From Candidatus Poseidoniaceae archaeon (GTDB lineage Archaea; Thermoplasmatota; Poseidoniia; Poseidoniales; Poseidoniaceae), in the NCBI GenBank assembly GCA_028822845.1, contig JAPKCS010000007.1, positions 2,649-66,648 on the forward strand: a stretch of DNA of 64,000 bases, read 5' to 3'. A program made the translations under genes and the position numbers. Shown here in pieces: positions 36,150 through 44,171 of the stretch. The stretch's first letter is position 1. Each line of letters begins with the position of its first letter. The notes below the pieces were generated by a model. It worked only from the letters and a program-made list of their open reading frames with translations, was not told the DNA's origin and did no database searches.

Positions 36150-36870
36150 TCATAACCACGGCACCAAGGTAAAGTCCCATAGAAAGTGCAATCCAAAGTG
36201 GCATCCACCAAAGAGCATCTTTGAATCGGCCAAGCATGCGTCCTGAAACGCCGAGCGCAACGGCTGAAGCGGCTCCAAAGAAAAGGGCAAAGGTTTGGTT
36301 GAAACTGTCAATCTGGAAACCACTCGATGCAGGTGCAAACAGACCGACAATGAAGGCAATCAGAACTGGTAAACCGATCGACACAAACATCACAATCAAG
36401 AGACCCCGGCCAAGAAGTTCCTCTTCCCGGGTGTTCATGAGGTCGTTGAGGCGTTCATAATCCATTGAAAGGTCGGAAAGAATTTGTTGCAATGGGGCGT
36501 CTTGTTCGATCGCCGTCTCGATCAAAACCATCACTCGCTGGACTTGAGAGGAACGGGTCTTGGCGGCAAAGGCCGAAAGAGCAGCATCAAAGGAGGACGA
36601 GTGGCTTTCTTCGAGGGTCTGAACCAAAAGAGCTCCAAGTGGACCTTGTAAGTTCCTTGATTGTTCCATCATTGCTTCCTGAATACCACGTCCTGCACCG
36701 ACTGTGTCAGACAAACCCTCGAGAAGACCGGGCAATGCATTCTCTATAGAACGGCGCCTCTTGCGTTCAAGCATGGGTGGTATACCACCTGCAGCACACG
36801 CCATACCGATCACTGAAAGGTAGAGTAAAAGAGGGCTACCATTGAAGGTCTCGAGCAATCCAAACAACAT
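36139..36870 (-). CDS. T2SS-F-domain membrane platform protein (TadB/TadC-like), copy 2
   Basis: Cytoplasmic helical domain flanked by TM helices. Overlaps the ATPase start by 11 nt. Paralogous layout to the upstream gene. Confidence 0.6.
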   Translation of the reverse strand: MLFGLLETFNGSPLLLYLSVIGMACAAGGIPPMLERKRRRSIENALPGLLEGLSDTVGAGRGIQEAMMEQSRNLQGPLGALLVQTLEESHSSSFDAALSAFAAKTRSSQVQRVMVLIETAIEQDAPLQQILSDLSMDYERLNDLMNTREEELLGRGLLIVMFVSIGLPVLIAFIVGLFAPASSGFQIDSFNQTFALFFGAASAVALGVSGRMLGRFKDALWWMPLWIALSMGLYLGAVVMIGG

Positions 36871-36874
36871 GAAT

Positions 36875-37456
36875 TCACAACCCCGGGTCCTTCGTATGGG
36901 CCTTCAAGCCAATCATCATCATGCCGAGAAGCGTGAACACGAGTCCACCTTTGACAACAGAATTGATCATGCCTTGATCGATCGAGCCAACAATTGCCTC
37001 TGCTCCATCACCAAGCAGTTGAGGTACAAGCCCTACGATGGCGAGAATGATTGGACCAATCATTCCGATTGAGAGTAAAGTTTCAGGGACTGCGCCGAGT
37101 TCCTCGATGTATTTCTTGACAGCTTCAGTTCGGTCATTTTCCATTCGAACACCTTGCTTACGCAAGGTTTCAACGATGTCTGTGTTTTGCGTGACGTTGG
37201 AATACATGGTGTTGAGCAACCGACGGTAGCCTTCGGTTTCTGATTTCTTTAACATGGCCTTGAGTTCTTGAGCGAGGCCTCTGGAAGAACCTTTTCGCAA
37301 ACGATCCATCATCGAGGAGAAGTCCTCTGAAATGATCCCGTAGCCACCTGTACCGATGGTATGGAGTGCTGCTTCAAGTCCAACGCCAGAAGACATCAAA
37401 ACATCGAGGGTACGGATGACGTAGAGAATTTCTCTCTGCTCGTCTAACTTCCGCAT
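36875..37456 (-). CDS. T2SS-F-domain membrane platform protein (TadB/TadC-like), copy 1
   Basis: ILYVIRTLDVLMSSGVGLEAALHTIG... helical bundle, then C-terminal TM helices (LLSIGMIGPIILAIVGLV, GGLVFTLLGMMMIGL). Confidence 0.65.
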   Translation of the reverse strand: MRKLDEQREILYVIRTLDVLMSSGVGLEAALHTIGTGGYGIISEDFSSMMDRLRKGSSRGLAQELKAMLKKSETEGYRRLLNTMYSNVTQNTDIVETLRKQGVRMENDRTEAVKKYIEELGAVPETLLSIGMIGPIILAIVGLVPQLLGDGAEAIVGSIDQGMINSVVKGGLVFTLLGMMMIGLKAHTKDPGL

Positions 37457-37465
37457 TCAATCACC

Positions 37466-37843
37466 TCAAACAATATCTTCAATCAATTCAAACATGAATT
37501 TCTCACTGTTGCCTTCGTATTCCATGACAGAAAACAAGACCTTGACGTCGCGTTCTTCGAACGGATCATGGACGTAGGGTTGGCCGCTGCGGAACATGCT
37601 GAGGATCCTCTTGTAATCTTCAAGGCTGATTTCACCTCTTACGGTGTAAACAGTTGACTCAGAGCCCTCGTCGTGTAGGTTATCGCCTTCTTCTCCACGA
37701 ATGATTGTTCGTGTCAATCGACGCGTCAACCGAACATGGATATCGCAATTTGGTATTCGTACCCAATCAGAACTCGATGTCCCAGATGCGGGACGAATAA
37801 AGAAATCTATTCCAGCCATGCAGTTGACCCCTGTCCTCTGCAC
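37466..37843 (-). CDS. Hypothetical soluble protein (117-125 aa) heading the ATPase/platform operon
   Basis: ORF with an alternative start at MAGIDFF (37819). No hydrophobic pilin-like N-terminus and no recognised motif. Confidence 0.4.
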   Translation of the reverse strand: MQRTGVNCMAGIDFFIRPASGTSSSDWVRIPNCDIHVRLTRRLTRTIIRGEEGDNLHDEGSESTVYTVRGEISLEDYKRILSMFRSGQPYVHDPFEERDVKVLFSVMEYEGNSEKFMFELIEDIV

Positions 37844-37880
37844 GCATTGAGAGGGTATTCAATGTTGGGGGTGAAACAAC

Positions 37881-38810
37881 TCAAGAGACGATTCTAAACC
37901 AGCCAAATCGAGGTTCATGGAGTGTCCCTTCATTTGACAATTCATCGAGTTTCGATTCTGCTACTTGACGATCGATGCCACGAGCACCCGCGTTGGTGAG
38001 TACGGTCTCGAAATCAACACCGTCACCCTGGTCAAGTTGACCGATAATGGCCACCAATATGTCTTTTGCATCATCCTCGGCAGGACCTTCCGGTGATTCT
38101 TCACCGTCGATTTTCGCCTGTGGTGGCGCAGCTGGTTGGCTTGCTGCCTCCATTCGACCTTCAGCAATGTCCAGTGCTTGCATGACGTTCAGGGTGTAAT
38201 TCTCGGTATCGATGTCTCCGTAGTGGTTGCGGGACAAAAGAAGTCCTTCGACCATGTTTTCAGGAACACCAGCAGCGCTGAGGCCTTCTTTGGTAGGCTC
38301 AGCACCAAGAGAATCACTGTGGATTTTCATTCGCTGAAGCGTTCCTTCAGCGGCTCGAGTGAGCCAGAGTGCGTATGTTTTCGCATCGATCTCACAGGCT
38401 TCTTCGGGACGAAGGGATGTGTAAACTGCACCTTCATCGGTTTGATACCAGCGAGATTTCGCCGTCATCAACAACAACACAGGTTCACCGACTTCTGTCT
38501 TTTCGACGAGTTTCAAGGTCAGTTCGCGCATTGATTCAGAAGCATAATCGCCGACTGAAAAGTAATGGACGCCAGAAGGATCCCGCATTTGACCCTGGTA
38601 GAGGGTTGAACCGTTGGAGGTTTCACGTACTTCCAAGCGTTCGAGCAAACCTGCAACAATCACACGGTTCACTTTCGCACCAAGTTTGGTGATGACAAAG
38701 GACGGGTCATACTCTCCCGATCCCTTTTCGTTCAATGTTGCTTCACTGAATTCAGAAGCAAGCATGTGCCAAGCCGGTTGTCGGCGTGCGCGTCCACCTG
38801 CTTGCATCAA
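37881..38810 (-). CDS. RPA-associated OB-fold protein (COG3390 / Rpap-like), C-terminal winged-helix-like region
   Basis: RRQPAWHMLASEFSEATL...PSFVITKLGAKVNRVIVAGLLE follows the COG3390 pattern R..A....A.EF..A...P....T..G...NRV.V.G.L.E as remembered. ATGA overlap with the upstream RPA gene. Confidence 0.6.
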   Translation of the reverse strand: MMQAGGRARRQPAWHMLASEFSEATLNEKGSGEYDPSFVITKLGAKVNRVIVAGLLERLEVRETSNGSTLYQGQMRDPSGVHYFSVGDYASESMRELTLKLVEKTEVGEPVLLLMTAKSRWYQTDEGAVYTSLRPEEACEIDAKTYALWLTRAAEGTLQRMKIHSDSLGAEPTKEGLSAAGVPENMVEGLLLSRNHYGDIDTENYTLNVMQALDIAEGRMEAASQPAAPPQAKIDGEESPEGPAEDDAKDILVAIIGQLDQGDGVDFETVLTNAGARGIDRQVAESKLDELSNEGTLHEPRFGWFRIVS

Positions 38811-40507
38811 GACACCCCCCAGTGGGCTCGCAATTCAGTCGCACGCATGCCTGCGTCTTCTTCGATAATTGTTGCATCATCGGCGAGCATCATTGCTCCT
38901 TGTTCATCGACAATGGTTCGACCAGAGGCCTGAACGGTTCGGCCGAGCAAAAGACTTCTCAACGATTGCACAAAGGCCATCTGCCCCTCGTCGTCAACCG
39001 CATCTTTCATTTGACCTTCATCCATTCCAATCAAGCCAAGCGTAGCGCTTTTGTTGGTGAGAAGTGAAACACTTGAGCGCCCATCATCCATCACAAGGCG
39101 CAAGCGAACGTCGCTGTTTCCATCGTTCGGTCCATGTTCGGCGCATGCGCCTTCTCGTAGGACACGGCGGCACTCTGTGCACCGTTGAATGAAACCTGAG
39201 TCCTCTCGGACACTGACCACAACGGCTGATGTGGAGACGCCAACACGGCTGCCTCCGGTTGCCATTTCATGAAGATCGACTTCTGCTGTATGATTGGTGA
39301 GGTCGAGTGAATCATCCCACGGTGTTTCTTCGAGGATTTCCACTTGATCCATTGTATCGACGGTGATGTCAGGAATTCCTTGCCATGCACGCACACGGAC
39401 GGCCTTCAAACGGACCGTCATCGGGAGCTTGTCGTCGGTGATGGGCAATTCGCTCCATGCACTCATTCTGCATCGACCGGTTGGATCTGCAATTTGACCA
39501 GACCACAAGAATCGCTCTTCGCCATCCCGTGTGAACGAGCGCTTGGCCCATTCAGTGATTTGGACCACTGCATCGATGTCCCTTGCTCCATCTCGGAATT
39601 GAGAGATGGTCAGGACGGTTTGTTGCGACAAGGCATCGGCATTTGCGAAATTCTTGTCATGGAACACCTCGACCTTGGTCGTTCGACCAAAGTTCAGTTC
39701 TGGAGTGTCCCTGAAGGTACGAACTTGGGCTCCATCAATCTTGAGGAGGCTTCCGATTTCATGTTCGAATGGCTCCCAAGAGAGGAAACCAATCGTTCCA
39801 CTCTCGTCAGCAATGCGCCCTCGTGTGATGTCGAGCGAACCTGAACCATCCTTCTTGTGAATTTGATCAGGGCGAGCGGCGAGCACTCGGCCAACGACAC
39901 AAACATAGCCATCAGCTGGCAGAGAGTTGATCTCTTGAGCCTCACCTGGCGCAACAACTGGACGGGTGCCTTCTCGAACAATGGCAATCCGTGTCGATTG
40001 ATTGATGTTGAGCGACATTCGACCTTGGTATTCGTTGACCGAAGCACCTTCGATGCGGACGATCGAACCAGGTGCGAGATTTGCGCTTGGCCCCCAATCC
40101 TTGTACTCCCATCGGGTTTTCTCTCCGTTTTCTTCCCAAGGGTTGTCTTCAAGAAGTCCGAATGCAATTTGCTTTTCCTCACCACGGATGGTTTGTTCCC
40201 GCATGTTGTGGGAGATGATTTCCACTTCGATTTCGATGTCTTTGTCATCCCCGCTGAGTTCACTCAAACGGCTGACTTTCTTCGAGTTGCGAGGGGCTGA
40301 AGATCCTCCCTGTGAAGGGCTTTTGTTGGTTGGAACAGATTGTTCGCCTTTGAATCGACGCAGGATTGAGCGCATAGCATCCTGTGGTGGAATGTAGAAC
40401 TCCGTCTCATATTTGGCGAATGCCTCGGCGACCTCTTTTGGGTCTGCATCAGGGCATTCACTGAGAATGGCGTTGACGTGCGTTTCGTACTTTTCAGACA
40501 TAAACAA
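38807..40507 (-). CDS. Replication protein A (multi-OB-fold ssDNA-binding protein with zinc finger)
   Basis: Several OB-like units (IADESGTIGFLSWEPF, IADPTGRCRMSAWSEL) and the zinc motif CTECRRVLREGACAEHG. Confidence 0.8.
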   Translation of the reverse strand: MFMSEKYETHVNAILSECPDADPKEVAEAFAKYETEFYIPPQDAMRSILRRFKGEQSVPTNKSPSQGGSSAPRNSKKVSRLSELSGDDKDIEIEVEIISHNMREQTIRGEEKQIAFGLLEDNPWEENGEKTRWEYKDWGPSANLAPGSIVRIEGASVNEYQGRMSLNINQSTRIAIVREGTRPVVAPGEAQEINSLPADGYVCVVGRVLAARPDQIHKKDGSGSLDITRGRIADESGTIGFLSWEPFEHEIGSLLKIDGAQVRTFRDTPELNFGRTTKVEVFHDKNFANADALSQQTVLTISQFRDGARDIDAVVQITEWAKRSFTRDGEERFLWSGQIADPTGRCRMSAWSELPITDDKLPMTVRLKAVRVRAWQGIPDITVDTMDQVEILEETPWDDSLDLTNHTAEVDLHEMATGGSRVGVSTSAVVVSVREDSGFIQRCTECRRVLREGACAEHGPNDGNSDVRLRLVMDDGRSSVSLLTNKSATLGLIGMDEGQMKDAVDDEGQMAFVQSLRSLLLGRTVQASGRTIVDEQGAMMLADDATIIEEDAGMRATELRAHWGVS

Positions 40508-40691
40508 GCACCTCGTCAGATGTTTTCGTTTGAATCCTGTTCAGAGAACAGGCTGCGGGCTTTCGTGCGGATTGGTTGAGTTGGTACACTCCCTTGACCT
40601 CCATAGTAACAAAGAGACCCGACGAAGGGACTTAAAGAATGCCGTTGAAGTTTTTGACCAACAGCAAACACTGGCGGATTGAAGAAGTCAA

Positions 40692-42101
40692 TCACGCAGG
40701 GTTAACTCTCAAGCCTTGCATTAAAAGAACATCTGGCAAATGCATGCTTCCAGAGGAGTACGAGCCTTGGACACGCACCTCATCGCCGAGGTGAACATCT
40801 GCTGAAAGCGCCTTAGCGAGGTTACCAGACAGCCCAGCCTGTTTGACGGGGCCGAGGATCGAACCGCCCTCAACACGCAGAATTGTGCTTGTTGTGACTG
40901 AAAAGTCACCGCTTGTAGGGTTGGCAGTGTGTGCTCCCATCACGCTGTGCACGATGTAACCGTCTTCCATTCGTTCCAAGAGAGCGTCTTGTGCATGGCC
41001 GCCGTTTTTCGAAGTCATCGTAAGATCGCTGCATCCTGTGCCGGGTGGTGCTTGGTGCCCTCCACGGACAGCACAGCCAGTGGTTTCGGCGCGTTCAATA
41101 CGACCTTCAGCCACCTGTTGAGCAGCATCACGGGTCGACCAGAGGGAACCGACGAGGCGCCCTTGATCGACAAGGGTTTGGCGACGGGTAGGCACGCCTT
41201 CCCCGTCACGAGCGCTTGATGATTTGCCACCGTCCATTCGCCCATCATCAATGAGCGAGAGGTCGTCAGCCAAGACGATTGTTCCTTCTTTCCCGGACCA
41301 GAACGATTCATTTCGGACCAGACGATCGCCACGAACGGCGGTAGGAACAACCATCGAAAACAAGGGTGAAAAACCTTCACTGGTCATCATAACAGGTGCT
41401 TCATGAGGCTCACTGCTGACTTCGATTGGACCTCGAGTGACTTGAGCCCAGTTGACTGCGCTCGCAATGCATGAAGGAACGTCAGGCAACAACCGATGAC
41501 CTGAATCACCCTCATAGGAACTGGTTAATTCGTCGTCTGCATCAATCGAAACTTGGACGCCGAGTCCATGTGAAGTCGTGATGCCAGATGCGTCGATGCC
41601 TTCGCTGGAGAGAATGGCAGAGGCAGTCGCACCGACGCCAAGGCCACCGCCGGTTACGACGGCCCGACCATCCAATGATGCAACTTCACTGAGCACTGCA
41701 TCAGCCTGCTCGAGCAAATCTTCTGGTCCAAGGTTGAGGATCCGTTGATCGCACAAACCGTTGACAGGGGCTGCGTCTTGCGCACTTGGCAAGACAAAAC
41801 CAGCGACAGATGGTGAAGCACGAGCAATGTCGAGCGCTTGCTTAATGGCAGGGGTTGCTGAATCAGCATCGACAAGGTAAGCGTAGCCAAAGCGACCATC
41901 TTCCAAGACGCGAATACCATACCCACCTTCACCACCACCGGCAGCAAGTGAAATTTTACCCGCCTCGATATCGAGTTGGTGGCCGTAGGATTGGAAAGCC
42001 ACAACTTCCCACTGAGCAACGCCCTCTTGTTTGCAGAGGTTGCCAATGCTGCGGCAACCTTGGTTGATGCGATCCAATGCGTCATCTGGAAGCATGATCA
42101 T
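40692..42101 (-). CDS. pmbA: TldE/PmbA-family metalloprotease subunit
   Basis: Paralogous to the upstream TldD but lacks HExxxH. Conserved C-terminal Gly-rich blocks. ATGA overlap with tldD. Confidence 0.8.
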   Translation of the reverse strand: MIMLPDDALDRINQGCRSIGNLCKQEGVAQWEVVAFQSYGHQLDIEAGKISLAAGGGEGGYGIRVLEDGRFGYAYLVDADSATPAIKQALDIARASPSVAGFVLPSAQDAAPVNGLCDQRILNLGPEDLLEQADAVLSEVASLDGRAVVTGGGLGVGATASAILSSEGIDASGITTSHGLGVQVSIDADDELTSSYEGDSGHRLLPDVPSCIASAVNWAQVTRGPIEVSSEPHEAPVMMTSEGFSPLFSMVVPTAVRGDRLVRNESFWSGKEGTIVLADDLSLIDDGRMDGGKSSSARDGEGVPTRRQTLVDQGRLVGSLWSTRDAAQQVAEGRIERAETTGCAVRGGHQAPPGTGCSDLTMTSKNGGHAQDALLERMEDGYIVHSVMGAHTANPTSGDFSVTTSTILRVEGGSILGPVKQAGLSGNLAKALSADVHLGDEVRVQGSYSSGSMHLPDVLLMQGLRVNPA

Positions 42102-43540
42102 CCCACCAAAGCCTGAGAAATTCGCATAATCGGACCGCCGTCGCCGACAGGCACCGTTTGCCCTTTCCCACAGAAACCAGGGGCTGCAAGGCGAGCATCC
42201 TTTGTCAATCCATCAACATCTTTCAAGATTTGAAGGGTTAAACCGCTGACACTGACGTCTTTGAGAGGTTTTGTGAGTTCACCGTTTTCAATCAGCCAAG
42301 CTTCTTGTGCAGCGAACTGGAACGAACCTCGGCCCGTGTCAACCTGTCCACCGCGTGAGCCACATGCGTACACGCCGTAGCTGATGTCTTCGATCAATTC
42401 ATCCAAGTCGTTGTGTGTGCCTCCTTGGATGAGGGTGTTTGACATTCGTACGAGTGGATGGTGAAGTCCGTCTTGAGCACGAGCACCTGCGTTGGGATCG
42501 ATTCCAAAGTGATGAGCGGTTTCTCGATGGTTGAGGTATTCGGTGAGCACACCGTTCTTAATCAAACATTTTTCACGTGTGTTAAGGCCCTCGTCATCGA
42601 TTGGGTGAGCGCCATAACCGTCACGAAGGGTTGGATCATCAACCACTGTGACAATGCTGTTGCCGATGGTTTGACCAAGCTTGCCATCGAGGCAGGAATC
42701 CCCTGCTGCGACAAGGTCTGCTTCGCAAGGGTGACCCAATGCCTCATGGATGTAGACGCCTGTCAGGTCGCGGTCTGCCACGAGTGGAATTTTACCCGAC
42801 GGAGAGCGTTCTGCTTTGAGCAGACGAAGGGTTGCGATTTGAGCGCTTCGTCCAAGTTCCCCGAGGTCACATGACTCGATGACCTCAAGACCACCTTGCC
42901 CACCGTGCCTTGTTCTATAGGAGACGACATCGTCGCCATCTCGGCCCGTAACTGTGGCGTTGATCAGTGAACGTTGATACGACCAGGTGCGGTTCATCCC
43001 TTCGGATGTCAGCAGTTCAGTGTGGAGGTGTTCATCGTGCCAACCGCAGGTCACAGAAACGATTCGATCATCTTCAGCTGCACTGTCGTGAAGGGTCATC
43101 AAGTGGTGGAGTTTGGTATCCAGGTCCGTATTGCGAACATCCTTCTTAGGTTTCCAGTGAACTTCATCTTCGAAGATTGGCACCTCTGCGAGAGCAACAG
43201 GGCGGTCTTTGGAGGCTCTGCGGGCAGCAACAGCCTTTGCCAAGCGAACGGTGGATTCGACTTGGCTTGGGAGGGAAAGAACATCGGTGGTCGAATGGAC
43301 GCCCCATGCGCCATCGGCGAGGATCCTCATCGTCACACCAATCTCTTGACCAGGAATGGCCCGTTCTAATTTCCCATCTCGAATAGCGACACTTGAGTCG
43401 GTGATGGCCATCAATCGGACCTCAGCGTAGGATGCGCCCAGATCTTGAGCCTGATCCAATGCGGCCTGAATTTTGGACTGTTCGAGGTATCGACCGGTAC
43501 CTGATTTATGACCGTCGGTTGGGCTTGCACTCATCACCAT
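42098..43540 (-). CDS. tldD: TldD-family metalloprotease
   Basis: HEALGHPCEAD (HExxxH). ORF trimmed to ATG 43540 to avoid overlap with the upstream gene. Confidence 0.85.
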   Translation of the reverse strand: MVMSASPTDGHKSGTGRYLEQSKIQAALDQAQDLGASYAEVRLMAITDSSVAIRDGKLERAIPGQEIGVTMRILADGAWGVHSTTDVLSLPSQVESTVRLAKAVAARRASKDRPVALAEVPIFEDEVHWKPKKDVRNTDLDTKLHHLMTLHDSAAEDDRIVSVTCGWHDEHLHTELLTSEGMNRTWSYQRSLINATVTGRDGDDVVSYRTRHGGQGGLEVIESCDLGELGRSAQIATLRLLKAERSPSGKIPLVADRDLTGVYIHEALGHPCEADLVAAGDSCLDGKLGQTIGNSIVTVVDDPTLRDGYGAHPIDDEGLNTREKCLIKNGVLTEYLNHRETAHHFGIDPNAGARAQDGLHHPLVRMSNTLIQGGTHNDLDELIEDISYGVYACGSRGGQVDTGRGSFQFAAQEAWLIENGELTKPLKDVSVSGLTLQILKDVDGLTKDARLAAPGFCGKGQTVPVGDGGPIMRISQALVG

Positions 43541-43589
43541 GAAACAACGGTGGACCCAACAGTGCTTGAACCCTGCTCCAACGCGAGCC

Positions 43590-44171
43590 TCATGAATGAA
43601 ACTCTGCAGACACAATGTGGCCAATCAGGGCGTCGCATGTGAGGGTGGAGAAATCGACCAGTTCTAGCCCGAGGCGTTGGGCACCGGAAGCGTTGCATTC
43701 GAGCTCTTCGGTAATGATTTCCAATCCGAGTGCTTCGGCGAGCAAAGCCGCTTGTGCGGACAACGTCGAGCGTTCATCGCCATCGGAGAATGGAAGAACA
43801 TCGGTTGGCCCATCTGGAGAGGGTAAGGCCAGAAAACAGCCTTTCTGATCACCGTCGCGAACCCCTGCTCGCTTGAAGGCCTCTGAGACGTGATGTGTCC
43901 CCGACAAGTACCTCAAGAATTCAGCATCAAGCGACCTTGCCAATGATGTGCCACGGTTTTGCCGACGCACCGCACTGTGCCAAGCCGTCCAGAGTTGAGC
44001 ATGGCATTGAGCAACCCCTTCACCAACCAAGACCCAGTGTTCAGTTGGACGGTTTTTCAGGAAGGCTTGAGTCAACGATGCACCGATAACGGGCTCGGAA
44101 GATTGCCAGAGGAAATGTGGGAACGGCACTTCATCCATACCATGCCGAGGAAGGGGTGAAGTTTCAATCAT
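43590..44171 (-). CDS. cgi121: Probable KEOPS subunit Cgi121
   Basis: Size and the block SLDAEFLRYLSGTHHVSEAFKRAGV resemble the Cgi121 signature (E.l..lsG.rqI..Ai...G). The start ATG overlaps the hel308 stop (ATGATTGA). Call is from memory only. Confidence 0.45.
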   Translation of the reverse strand: MIETSPLPRHGMDEVPFPHFLWQSSEPVIGASLTQAFLKNRPTEHWVLVGEGVAQCHAQLWTAWHSAVRRQNRGTSLARSLDAEFLRYLSGTHHVSEAFKRAGVRDGDQKGCFLALPSPDGPTDVLPFSDGDERSTLSAQAALLAEALGLEIITEELECNASGAQRLGLELVDFSTLTCDALIGHIVSAEFHS

